Source: an uncultured Chloroflexia bacterium (GTDB lineage: Bacteria > Chloroflexota > Limnocylindria > Limnocylindrales > CSP1-4). Taken from it: 64,000 bases of DNA. The stretch lies in contig CAVRGP010000015.1 of the NCBI GenBank assembly GCA_963720755.1, forward strand, positions 32,001 through 96,000. Reading direction: 5' to 3'. Below are positions 21,181-29,893 of this stretch, in pieces. The notes under the pieces are model-generated. The model made no database searches. It was given only the letters and a program-made list of their open reading frames with translations, and was not told where the DNA came from. The translations under genes were made by a program, and so were the position numbers. Every line of letters begins with the position of its first letter. Position 1 is the stretch's first letter.

Positions 21181-22434
21181 CTAGCCGCCGGTGATCCGGA
21201 GCAATTCGCCCTTGCCCAGGCTCGTCGCGTAGACGGTCCCGTCCTCCCCCTCACCGATGGCGCTGAGGCTGCGCCCGAGCTTGAGCAGCAGGACCGGCTC
21301 CTGTCGCTGGTCATCGGTCGGGTCGAGCATCCAGAGGTCGTCCGAGCAGGCGTCGCCGAACAGGTACCGGCCGTCGAGCGCTCCCTGTCGTGGGTCGCGG
21401 ACCACCACGCCGCCGATCACGGCACAGCCCTGATCATGCCCGTACTCCGCGACCGGGAGGGTCAGCCCGGTCTGATCGCAACCGTCGGCCGGCCGATAGC
21501 AGTGGAAGCCTTCCATCGTGTTCCAGCCGAGGTCGAACCCGCCCCGGCCGGCCCGGGCGACATCGATCTCCTCCCAGGCGCCCTGACCGACATCGCCGAT
21601 CCACAGGTCTCCCGTCGTCCGATCGAACCGGAACCGCCACGGATTACGCAGGCCGCTGAGCCAGATCTCGGGTCGCGCTCCGGCCACGCCGACGAGCGGG
21701 TTGTCGGCCGGGATCGCGTAGGGTGTCGACGAGGACGGGACGCCGACATCGATCCGCAGGATCTTGGCCAGCAGCACGCCGAGGTTCTGGCCGTTGCCCT
21801 GCGGGTCGCCGCCGGATCCGCCATCGCCCAGCCCGATGTACAGCATCCCGTCCGATCCGAACTCGACCGCGCCGCCGTTGTGGTTGCTGAACGGTTGAGC
21901 GACCTGGAGGATCACCTGCTCGCTGGCCGGGTCGGCGATGTCCGGGTCGGATGCCGTCACCGTGAACGCGGCGACGACCGTGTTGCCGTCGCGATCGGTG
22001 TAGTCGACGAACAGGCGCGGGTCCGTCGGGTAGTCCGGGTGGAAGGCGAGTCCCAGCAGCCCGCGCTCGCCACCGCTGGCGATCCGATCCGTGATGTCCA
22101 GGAACGGCCGATCGAGGAGCTGTCCGTCGCGAACGATCCGGATCCGGCCGGCCTGTTCGACCACGAAGATGCGACCGCTCCCGTCGCCGGCGTTGGTCAC
22201 GTCGACCGGGGCGTTCAGACCGGCGAGCACGTTCGACGCGTCGACGGACGGCGTTCGGCTGCTCTCGACCGGTGACGCCGAGCCGGCGACCGGCGTCGCG
22301 ACCGGGCCGCTCGGGGTGACCGCGCTCGGCTGGCCCGGGGTGGGGGACGGCGTTGCGGTCGAGCCGGTCGACCCACAGGCGGCGAGCGCGATCGTGAGGG
22401 CGGCGGCCAGGACAGCGAGGCGCGAGCGGTGCAT
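21181..22434 (-). CDS. PQQ-dependent sugar dehydrogenase (GSDH beta-propeller), lipoprotein
   Basis: Lipobox LAAC and P/S/T linker; GERGLLGLAFHP, NHNGG, GDGGSGGDP, GLRNPWR and DVGQGAWEE motifs; TACCAT 6 nt before ATG. Confidence 0.9.
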   Translation of the reverse strand: MHRSRLAVLAAALTIALAACGSTGSTATPSPTPGQPSAVTPSGPVATPVAGSASPVESSRTPSVDASNVLAGLNAPVDVTNAGDGSGRIFVVEQAGRIRIVRDGQLLDRPFLDITDRIASGGERGLLGLAFHPDYPTDPRLFVDYTDRDGNTVVAAFTVTASDPDIADPASEQVILQVAQPFSNHNGGAVEFGSDGMLYIGLGDGGSGGDPQGNGQNLGVLLAKILRIDVGVPSSSTPYAIPADNPLVGVAGARPEIWLSGLRNPWRFRFDRTTGDLWIGDVGQGAWEEIDVARAGRGGFDLGWNTMEGFHCYRPADGCDQTGLTLPVAEYGHDQGCAVIGGVVVRDPRQGALDGRYLFGDACSDDLWMLDPTDDQRQEPVLLLKLGRSLSAIGEGEDGTVYATSLGKGELLRITGG

Positions 22435-22514
22435 CGGCGGATGGTAGCCGGGATGCCGGAACCCGCCCGCCGACGGTGCCGCGCGCATCCGCCGGTTGGC
22501 GTTGGAGACTGGCC

Positions 22515-23264
22515 TCAGCCGATCAGAGCGGTCGGTTCCTCGGCGGGCGGCGCGACGGTCTCGGGCGGCACTGGTGGCTCCACGTCGAGCAGGTAGCCGA
22601 TGCCCTGGAACGTTTTGATCCGGCCAGGTTCACCCGGTTCCGCACCCAGCTTCCGACGGACGCGCGACACCCACACCCGCAGGTATTGCAGGTCGTCGCG
22701 GTATTCCGGACCCCAAACCTTGGTCAGCAACTCCGTATGCAGGACGACCTTGCCGGCGTTGGCCGCCAGGTGCTGGAGGAGGAGCCATTCGGTCCGCGAC
22801 AGATGAACGAGATCACCGTCGCGGGTGACCATCCGTCGTTCGAGGTCGATCTCGATGTCGTCGAACTTGAGGACGCCGACGCCCGGCTGGACGCCGGACG
22901 ATCGACGCAACACAGCTCGGACGCGCGCGGCGAGTTCATCGGGATGGAACGGCTTGGCGATGTAGTCGTCGGCGCCGAGGTCGAGTCCCTTGGCCTTGTC
23001 GGACGTGGAGCCCTTGGCGGTCAGCAGGATGACGGCCACCGGGCGCCGCTCGCGCAGCTGCCGCATCACCTCGATGCCATCCAGATCCGGCATGACGATG
23101 TCGAGCAGGACGATGTCCGGCCGTGCTTCCTCGGCCTTGGTCAGGGCTTCCTCGCCGCTGCCCGCGGTGACGACGCGGAACCCCTCCTCACCGAGGGCGA
23201 TTGACACGAGCTTCGTGATCCGTGGTTCATCGTCTGCGACGAGCACGAGCGGCTGGGTGCTCAT
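22515..23264 (-). CDS. OmpR/PhoB (KdpE-like) response regulator
   Basis: VADDE, LLDIVMPDLDG and GADDYIAKPF receiver motifs; wHTH LRVWVSRVRRKLG...GIGY; SD GGAGG before ATG 23264. Confidence 0.93.
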   Translation of the reverse strand: MSTQPLVLVADDEPRITKLVSIALGEEGFRVVTAGSGEEALTKAEEARPDIVLLDIVMPDLDGIEVMRQLRERRPVAVILLTAKGSTSDKAKGLDLGADDYIAKPFHPDELAARVRAVLRRSSGVQPGVGVLKFDDIEIDLERRMVTRDGDLVHLSRTEWLLLQHLAANAGKVVLHTELLTKVWGPEYRDDLQYLRVWVSRVRRKLGAEPGEPGRIKTFQGIGYLLDVEPPVPPETVAPPAEEPTALIG

Positions 23265-23393
23265 GGCCACCTCCTGGGTGATGACATGGTGACGGACAAC
23301 GCCCGATATGTCATCGGCTCCGGGCGTGGCGCGACGAGCTCCGTCGGGAACGGAACTCGTCGGTACGATCGTCGCCGCGCGACGATCATCGAG

Positions 23394-23587
23394 TCATGAA
23401 GCGTTGGGCCGGACCGACGGCAGTTCGACGTTGACGTTCACTCGTTCGTCTCCGTTCCGGTCCCGGGTCCCAGTGCGAAGAACCAGATCGCAGCGATGAC
23501 CACGATGATGATGGCCAGGATCCCGAGGATCATCCCCGCTCCTGACCCGCCGCCGTCCTTGACGACGACCGTCTCTCGGTCTGTCAT
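23394..23587 (-). CDS. Small single-TM protein; probable 1-nt deletion near 23440
   Basis: MTDRETVVVKDGGGSGAGMILGILAIIIVVIAAIWFFALG... stops at 23438, but the shifted frame continues VNVNVELPSVRPNAS* to 23394; SD GAGAGGA. Confidence 0.65.
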
Positions 23588-23837
23588 GTCAGTCCTCTCG
23601 ATGCGTTGTCGCGACATCATCCCGGCGATGGCCTGACAGATGGTGCGAGCGCCGGCCGGGGTGCCTTGCAGCCGCCTTGCAACTCTGCAAGCGGTCCGGA
23701 TCTGGTCCAGGTGCCCAGGGGACCGTCGCCGGGTTCGATAGCCGGTTGTCACCTCTCATCGCTGACGTGCACCGCGTTTCCCATGGCTCCGCCTCTAGGG
23801 TGCTGTGGACCCCCGGACCTTTGGAGGACACGACCCT

Positions 23838-24032
23838 ATGAAGAAGCGAGTCGCCTTGCTTGTCGCCGCTGCGGCGTTGGCGCTTGGTGCCTGCAACTCG
23901 AGCCCTGGCGCTAGCGGACTCCCGAGCGTGCCGGACCTTCAGTCGCTCATGCCGGAGGCCTCACCGGCCACCAGCCCGGAAACGAGCCCGGAGATGAGCC
24001 CGACCGAGAGCGTGCTTCCGAGCCCGAGCTGA
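23838..24032 (+). CDS. Small Ser/Pro-rich lipoprotein
   Basis: SD GGAGGA; signal peptide MKKRVALLVAAAALALGAC (lipobox); SPxT-repeat tail. Confidence 0.8.
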   Translation: MKKRVALLVAAAALALGACNSSPGASGLPSVPDLQSLMPEASPATSPETSPEMSPTESVLPSPS

Positions 24033-24052
24033 TCCGGGCCGGCACGATCACC

Positions 24053-24085
24053 AAGCGAGGCGCCCCGCGGGCGCCTCGCTTTCTT
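24053..24085 (+). terminator. Intrinsic terminator
   Basis: AAGCGAGGCGCCC-cgc-GGGCGCCTCGCTT followed by TCTT. Confidence 0.7.
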
Positions 24086-24125
24086 GTGCCGTCCGGGAGG
24101 CGGCACCGTCCAGGATGCGATGCGG

Positions 24126-25337
24126 TCAGGTACGCGATGTGTTCCGGCGCAGGCCGATCCAGGCGCCGGTCGACGTGACCAGCGCGATCGCCCCGAGGAC
24201 GGCAAGCTGCCAGGGCGCGACGATGGTTCCCCGAAGCATGACGTCCTGCGTCAGCTGGATGCCGCTCGTTACCGGGAGCAGGAAGGCCATGGCCTGTACC
24301 GGCACCGTGAACTCCTGGATCGACAGCACGAACCCGCTGAAGAACACGGACGCCAGCAGGACCAACAGCGAGAGCTGCACCGCCTGACGCTCGGAATCGG
24401 ACACGACAGCGATCGCGAGGCCCACGCCCAGAGACGCCAGCAGAAGGAGCGCGATGACCAATGCCAGCGAGGCGGGGGTTCCCAGCATCGGGACCCCGAA
24501 GACCCCGATGAGCAACGAAGCCGTTGCGCCGCCGACGAGTGCGCCGATGAACAGGTACGCGACGACCTTGCCCGCGATCAGCTCCCAGGCGTTGACGGGT
24601 GCGACCCTGAACAGTTCGATGACCCCGCTGGTTCGCTCACGAACGAGGGACAGCGCGACCAGGGTCACCGCGAGGTGCTGCAGGATGAGCGCCATGACGG
24701 CCGGGCCGAAGTACGCCAGAACCTGTGGACTGGAGGGGGCGATGTTGATCACGTCCGCCTTGGTCGGAGCGGCGACGACATCCGGCGGGATGGCGGTGGC
24801 GTCCGGCTGCCCGGACCTGATCGCGTAGCTTTCGCTCTCTTGCACGGCTCGCTTGATGATCGTCTGATTGACCGCATTTGCCAGGTTCGCGGCCAGGAAC
24901 CCAGCGTAGTTCGCCTCGATCGGATCGACCGTGTCGACGACGACCTGGATGGTCGACTGCTCGCCCGCCTTGAACTGGGCGGCGGCGTCGGCGGGCGCGA
25001 TCACGGCGACGTCGAGACTCCCGTTCTCGAGCTCGCTCCGGACGCTCTGGAAGTCGCCACGGACGCCGACGATGTGCAGGCCACCGCCCGCCAGGTCCTG
25101 ATATGTCGCGACGTCATCGGCCAGCCCGGACGATGGCGGGATGACGACGATGGTGTCGAGCGGGCGCCGCTGGCCGCCGTAGCCGAGCCCGAAGATGGCC
25201 ATGATCAGGAACGGCCCGAAGATCAGGCTGGCCAGTGCGCCGGGTCGTCGGACGACTTCGACCAGTTCCTTCCCGACCAGCGCCAGCAGGCGGAGGGTCA
25301 TCGTCGCAAGCGGTCTCGTCGCCGCGGGCAGCCTCAT
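24126..25337 (-). CDS. ABC-2 type exporter permease
   Basis: KELVEVVRR, RERTSGVIELFRVAPV, ELIAGK and FFSGF motifs; extracellular loop. Confidence 0.9.
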   Translation of the reverse strand: MRLPAATRPLATMTLRLLALVGKELVEVVRRPGALASLIFGPFLIMAIFGLGYGGQRRPLDTIVVIPPSSGLADDVATYQDLAGGGLHIVGVRGDFQSVRSELENGSLDVAVIAPADAAAQFKAGEQSTIQVVVDTVDPIEANYAGFLAANLANAVNQTIIKRAVQESESYAIRSGQPDATAIPPDVVAAPTKADVINIAPSSPQVLAYFGPAVMALILQHLAVTLVALSLVRERTSGVIELFRVAPVNAWELIAGKVVAYLFIGALVGGATASLLIGVFGVPMLGTPASLALVIALLLLASLGVGLAIAVVSDSERQAVQLSLLVLLASVFFSGFVLSIQEFTVPVQAMAFLLPVTSGIQLTQDVMLRGTIVAPWQLAVLGAIALVTSTGAWIGLRRNTSRT

Positions 25338-26395
25338 CCGGGCGTGGTCGGTGCGACCCCGACGTCGGGAGCGCCGGTGTCGCCAACCTCGTCGTGCGTG
25401 TGATCGCGGTCGACGAGGGCCTTGAACACGGCGTCGAACGACAGCCGTTCTTCGCGCGCGCTGAGCACTTCTCCACCTAGCTCGCCGATGGCCTCGACGA
25501 CATCCGGCAATGCCGCCCCGGCATCACCGACGATGACCGTGAACCGTCCTGGTCCGTCCTGACGGACGTGCGTGGCGGCCGGCAGGTCCGCGAGCTGCGC
25601 GGCGTCGAAGATCGCCGCCGTTTCGACGACGATCACGTCACCGCCGACCGCGTCGCGCCGAAGGTTGTCGGGTGTCGACAGGGCGAGCAAGCGGCCCTCG
25701 GCGATGAGTGCGACCCGGTCGCACGACTCAGCCTCAGCGACATATTGGGTGGTCACCAGGAGGGTCCGGTTCCGGCCCCGGATACGGTGGAGTTCCTCCC
25801 AGATCCGCGCCCGAAGGAGTGGGTCGATCCCGGCCGTGGGCTCGTCGAGGAACAGCAGTTTCGGATCATGGACGAGGGCGCAAGCGAGTTCGAGTCGTCG
25901 CTGCATGCCGCCCGACAGCTGCCCCGCCCGGCGGTCCTTGACCTCCCAGAGATCGACCAGTTCGAGGACCTCCTGGGTCCGCTTCCGGCGCGAGCGGAAG
26001 AGCATCCCGAACAGGGATCCGACGAAGTCGACGTTCTCCCGGACGGTGAGATCCGAATACAGCGTGAAGGACTGGGGCATGTAGCCGATCCCTTCGCGCG
26101 TCTGGCGGCTGAACGACGATGGCGACTCGTCGAGCACGTCGACCCGGCCACTCGTCGGCGTCAAGGCCCCAGTCAGGATCCTGATCGCCGTCGTCTTGCC
26201 GGCGCCGCTCGGCCCGATCAGGCCGAGGATCGCGCCCGTCGGGACGGTCAGGGATACGCTGTCCAGGGCGAGCTGATGGGGAAACCGCATCGTGACGCCG
26301 TCCATGACGACGGCTGGGTGACGCGACGGTTCAAGGCGGGCCGCGGACGGGGCGGACTCGGCGTCGATCGCGGACGCTGAGGATATGGAAGGCAT
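25334..26395 (-). CDS. ABC exporter ATP-binding protein
   Basis: Walker A GPSGAGKT, signature LSGGM, Walker B LFLDEPT; start uncertain. Confidence 0.92.
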   Translation of the reverse strand: MPSISSASAIDAESAPSAARLEPSRHPAVVMDGVTMRFPHQLALDSVSLTVPTGAILGLIGPSGAGKTTAIRILTGALTPTSGRVDVLDESPSSFSRQTREGIGYMPQSFTLYSDLTVRENVDFVGSLFGMLFRSRRKRTQEVLELVDLWEVKDRRAGQLSGGMQRRLELACALVHDPKLLFLDEPTAGIDPLLRARIWEELHRIRGRNRTLLVTTQYVAEAESCDRVALIAEGRLLALSTPDNLRRDAVGGDVIVVETAAIFDAAQLADLPAATHVRQDGPGRFTVIVGDAGAALPDVVEAIGELGGEVLSAREERLSFDAVFKALVDRDHTHDEVGDTGAPDVGVAPTTPG

Positions 26396-26679
26396 TTGGC
26401 TCCTGGGGCTCCTGGGTCCCGGGTCACGCGTCGGATCGGGACGCCACTTCGATCAGGATGCCGTCGGGCTGGTTGCACGATGTCGGCTTGTCGTGGCCAT
26501 CACCTCGCATCGGCGTCGCAAGTGTTCGACGTCAGGGCACGTTTCGTGGCTCCGGCCGATCCCGAGGCCGATCCCGCAACGCAGCCGATACGCGCCCCGC
26601 CCATTCGTGATGAGCCGCCGATTCCGCTGGCCAGCGACGATGGCGTCGACCCCCGGATCTTGATCCAACGGAGGCAGCG

Positions 26680-26877
26680 ATGTGCATGAACTGTGGTTGT
26701 GGGGAGCCGAACGAGCGGCATCACCCGACCGACATCACCAAGGATGACCTTCAGCACGCGGCAGACGGCGCCGGGATGAGTCTCGAGGAGGCGGCTCGGA
26801 ACGTCCAGACCGCCTCGGCCGAGATGGCCGGATCGACCGCCAGCTCCTCGGCAGGGACGGCGTCACACCGGGCCTGA
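26680..26877 (+). CDS. Small Cys/His-rich protein (MCxxCGC)
   Basis: SD GGAGG; MCMNCGCGEPNERHH...; followed by a hairpin. Confidence 0.8.
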   Translation: MCMNCGCGEPNERHHPTDITKDDLQHAADGAGMSLEEAARNVQTASAEMAGSTASSSAGTASHRA

Positions 26878-26890
26878 CTCCAAATGCGAT

Positions 26891-26929
26891 CGAACGACCG
26901 CCGCCCACCCAGTGGCCGGCGGTCGTTCG
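26891..26929. terminator. Hairpin between convergent genes
   Basis: CGAACGACCGCCG...CGGCGGTCGTTCG, 13-bp stem. Confidence 0.6.
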
Positions 26930-27031
26930 CTGTCTCGGGGCGACGCGCGTGACTGGATCGTCTGTGGGCGACCGACCGTGTGCGACTGACCCCGCTCGTC
27001 TCCTGTCGCGACTTCGTAGCGAGCAGCGGTG

Positions 27032-28288
27032 TCAGTCCGCCTGGGCGTCGAGCGTCGCTTGCGACATCGTCGGAAGCGTGACCACGAACAACGTGCCGCG
27101 ATCGTAGCCATCGGAGCGGACGACGATCGTGCCGCCGTGGGCCTCGACGATGCCACGACAGGCGTACAAGCCGAGTCCCAGGCCGTTGGCGCCGCTTCGT
27201 CGAGCGCGATCGGTTCTGGTGAAGCGCTCGAAGACGTCCGTCAGCTCGTGTCCTTCGAGGCCGATCCCATGGTCACGGACTTCGATGACGGCCGTATCGG
27301 CGTCTCCGCGTCGAACCGCCACGTCGACCGGAGCCCCCGCTGCCGAGTACTTCAGGGCATTGCCGATCAGGTTGGCGACGAGGCGGCGGATGAGGCTAGG
27401 GTCCCACGAGCCGATGAGGCGATCATCCGCGATCTCGAGTCGCACGCGGTCCCGTGCCGCGACACCCAGTGCGGCGATCCGTTCACTGACGACGTGCCCC
27501 AGACTGACCGGTTCGGTATCCGGGCGGAGCGCACCCATGGCCACCCGTGATGCGTCGCCGAGGGTATCGATCATGTCGACCAGCTCCAGCGTCGCCAGCA
27601 GGGCATCATCGACCGCTTCCGCGACTCGCGCTTCATCCGGCTCGCCTTCGGCCAGCCACCGATGGGCCAGGTGGAGGGACCCTTCCACCAGGGTGATCGG
27701 CTGACGGATGTCGTGGATGGTGGCCGCCAGGAACGACTCACGTAGATCCTCGATCCGATCGGACAGTGACGTCAGCCCGACCGTGGCAGCCCCGTCGAGT
27801 GCGTCGCCGACGATGGTCAGCCCGGCGACGATGTCCCCGGTATCGCCTCGTGGATCCACCTTCTCGGTGATCGTCAGGCCGATCTCCTGGCGCAGGATCC
27901 GGAATTCGGTGACGACCGCGACCGGCCCTAGGCCCTGTCTGAAACGGGCCCGCGCATGGGCCGTGGCCGCCGCGGAGACGGCATCGTCTTCAAACGGCGC
28001 AGATGCCCGTTCGGTGTCGGCTGCCGCGTCACGCCGCAAGAGGGCCACGATCGCGTCGAACAGCGCCGGGATATGGTCGGCGACCGCACCTTCGGGTCGC
28101 TGCTCGTGGAAGGGTTGTCGGCGAGCGGCTGCGAGCCACCGCTCGAGGATGGCGTCGCGATAGGTGTCGAGCACCTTGGCGACCGGTCGTATCTCGGCGT
28201 CGGGCAGTACGCGACTCACCCGGCCGTCCATATCGGTCGATGCTCGGTCTGTCGAAGCCCCATCAAGCGGCGGGCCGGCGGCGTCCAT
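27032..28288 (-). CDS. Soluble sensor histidine kinase with an N-terminal RsbRD_N-like (globin-fold) domain
   Basis: H-box HDIRQP, N-box NLIGNALKYS, G-boxes DHGIG and GLGLGL. N-terminal AILERW...AHARARFRQG...EFRILR. No TM. TATGCT 7 nt before ATG 28288. Confidence 0.85.
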   Translation of the reverse strand: MDAAGPPLDGASTDRASTDMDGRVSRVLPDAEIRPVAKVLDTYRDAILERWLAAARRQPFHEQRPEGAVADHIPALFDAIVALLRRDAAADTERASAPFEDDAVSAAATAHARARFRQGLGPVAVVTEFRILRQEIGLTITEKVDPRGDTGDIVAGLTIVGDALDGAATVGLTSLSDRIEDLRESFLAATIHDIRQPITLVEGSLHLAHRWLAEGEPDEARVAEAVDDALLATLELVDMIDTLGDASRVAMGALRPDTEPVSLGHVVSERIAALGVAARDRVRLEIADDRLIGSWDPSLIRRLVANLIGNALKYSAAGAPVDVAVRRGDADTAVIEVRDHGIGLEGHELTDVFERFTRTDRARRSGANGLGLGLYACRGIVEAHGGTIVVRSDGYDRGTLFVVTLPTMSQATLDAQAD

Positions 28289-28312
28289 TGCGTGGAGCAT
28301 AGCGACCGGCGC

Positions 28313-28350
28313 GCGAAGACGCCCCCGGCGTAGGCCGAGGGCGTCTTCGC
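28313..28350 (-). terminator. Hairpin downstream of the 28367-28648 gene
   Basis: GCGAAGACGCCC...GGGCGTCTTCGC, 12-bp stem. Confidence 0.6.
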
Positions 28351-28366
28351 TTGGAATGGTCGGGGA

Positions 28367-28648
28367 TCAGCGATTCGGGTCGACCGCGCGTCGAAGGTCG
28401 TCGCCGGTATTGCCGACCTTGTCGGCGAGACTTTCGTCGCCGTCAGCCTTGCGCCAGGTTTCCTTGGTGTCGTCGGCTGCGTTCTTGGTCGCGCCGCGGA
28501 GGTCGTCGCCGGCGTCGCCGAGGTCCTTGCGGATCTCGTCGCCGGTATTGCCGACCTTGTCGGCGAGACTTTCGTCGCCGTCAGCCTTGCGCCAGGTTTC
28601 CTTGGTCGCCTGTTCGGACTCGCGATAAGCCTGCTTGGACTGGTTCAT
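28367..28648 (-). CDS. Small hydrophilic CsbD/LEA-like protein with an internal duplication
   Basis: SD GGAGG; KETWRKADGDESLADKVGNTGD occurs twice. Confidence 0.75.
   Translation of the reverse strand: MNQSKQAYRESEQATKETWRKADGDESLADKVGNTGDEIRKDLGDAGDDLRGATKNAADDTKETWRKADGDESLADKVGNTGDDLRRAVDPNR
28398..28606. repeat. Perfect 71-bp direct repeat (28398-28468 and 28536-28606)
   Basis: Identical copies 138 bp (46 codons) apart inside the CDS. Confidence 0.9.
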
Positions 28649-28748
28649 GGTGTCGCGCCTCCATCGTGGTCGCCGTCAGCGGCGAGCCTGGTCAGACCGT
28701 ACGGCCCAAGGTGTCGCAGCGAATTGAACGAAGCGCCGGAACGCGCTA

Positions 28749-29135
28749 TCAATGGCCTTGCGTTCCAGTCGGGCTCCGGCGTGCCCGCCCGTTTCGATCG
28801 AACAGGGTGAGGGTCATCAGTCCGGCCGGGATCAACGCGACCGCGACGATCAGGCGGGCAGCCCCGCCGACCAGCAGACCGAGCGCCAATCCAAAGGACA
28901 GCGCGCTGCCGATCGACAGCATATCGTCGCTCCCGGAGCGGATCTGGCGATTCGCATCCTCGATCGCGGATCGCGTCGAGGCGGCCATGTCAGGCAATCG
29001 GCCGATCGCGTCGTTGGCTGCCTCCCGTGCCACACCTGCCACGTCCGTCGCCGAGTCGACGATGGCGGATGTGCGAGTGGGATGGACTCGGTCAGCGGAC
29101 AACGTAGAGGTGTTGTGCGGAGAAGAGATCGTCAT
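28749..29135 (-). CDS. Small tail-anchored membrane protein (ElaB/YqjD-like architecture)
   Basis: SD GAAGGAG before ATG 29135; amphipathic helical core then hydrophobic SFGLALGLLVGG... Confidence 0.7.
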   Translation of the reverse strand: MTISSPHNTSTLSADRVHPTRTSAIVDSATDVAGVAREAANDAIGRLPDMAASTRSAIEDANRQIRSGSDDMLSIGSALSFGLALGLLVGGAARLIVAVALIPAGLMTLTLFDRNGRARRSPTGTQGH

Positions 29136-29277
29136 TGGTCTGCTCCTTCGAGATGGCGACGGACGGTCCGGGGATAGGCCCCGGACCGTCCGTGGGAGGA
29201 TCCTGGCCCCCCGTCCCCCTGACGACCAGGACTGCTGATTTGTCGGCCCCCAGACCCCCAGTGGCACGGGAGCCGAC

Positions 29278-29293
29278 TGACATCACCCTGACA
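29278..29293 (-). promoter_or_regulatory. Direct-repeat box TGTCA-N6-TGTCA (OmpR/PhoB-type)
   Basis: The + strand reads TGACAtcacccTGACA; related boxes at 29865-29880, 31494-31509 and 23666-23681. Confidence 0.5.
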
Positions 29294-29394
29294 GCTGGGT
29301 ACTCACGTTCATGCCGGTCTTGGGCGCCTGCGCCTTGCAACGGTCTGGCTTCCCGGCGGAACCGCTCGCGCGACCGGGACGACCCACGAACGAG

Positions 29395-29424
29395 GAACGC
29401 CCACCCGGTCGTGGGTGGGCGTTC
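29395..29424 (-). terminator. Hairpin downstream of the GlsB-family gene
   Basis: GAACGCCCACCC-ggtcgt-GGGTGGGCGTTC, 12-bp stem. Confidence 0.6.
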
Positions 29425-29457
29425 GGTCAAGTCCGGATTGGCCCTTGGGCCGACGCG

Positions 29458-29739
29458 TCAGACGGCGCCGCGTCCGGAGCGGCTGGTGTTGGTGACGAAC
29501 GACACGACCACCACGGTGATGATGGCCCCGATCGTCGCGACTACGATCGAAGTGATGTCAAGCGGACCGTCAATGGGCTTGGTGTTGAACAGGACGCTGG
29601 CCAGAAAGCCGCCCACGATGGCCCCGACGATGCCGAGCACGATGTGCCCGATGATCCCCAGGCCTTCGTCGCCCTTGACGATGAACCCGGCCAGGTAGCC
29701 GGCAATCGCTCCTAGAACGATCCACGCGATGATACTCAT
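29458..29739 (-). CDS. GlsB/YeaQ/YmgE family stress response membrane protein
   Basis: MSIIAWIVLGAIAGYLA...IVLGIVGAIVGG...VATIGAII; SD GGAGG. Confidence 0.9.
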   Translation of the reverse strand: MSIIAWIVLGAIAGYLAGFIVKGDEGLGIIGHIVLGIVGAIVGGFLASVLFNTKPIDGPLDITSIVVATIGAIITVVVVSFVTNTSRSGRGAV

Positions 29740-29864
29740 CTGATCCTCCATTCCCTGGTCGTGCCTATCACCCGACCGCTGGGCCTGCTTGTCCGGTGAC
29801 CGGGCTCAGTCCCCACTTTGGCGCCGTCGGGCACCGGCCCTTGCTACGTTCGGTGGGCGGGCCG

Positions 29865-29880
29865 TAACAACGAGGTAACA
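29865..29880 (-). promoter_or_regulatory. Direct-repeat box TGTTA-N6-TGTTA upstream of the GlsB gene
   Basis: The + strand reads TAACAacgaggTAACA, 11-bp period. Confidence 0.5.
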
Positions 29881-29893
29881 GGGCGCCAAGGCC

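Noticed and set aside
23280-23315. GATGACAT...ATGTCATC inverted repeat upstream of the response regulator as an autoregulatory site
   Set aside because: Seen only once, with a long spacer, and it does not fit the tandem-binding mode of OmpR-family proteins; too weak to call.
28398-28606. Direct repeats as a CRISPR array or att sites
   Set aside because: Only two 71-bp copies, in frame inside a CDS; no cas or integrase genes.
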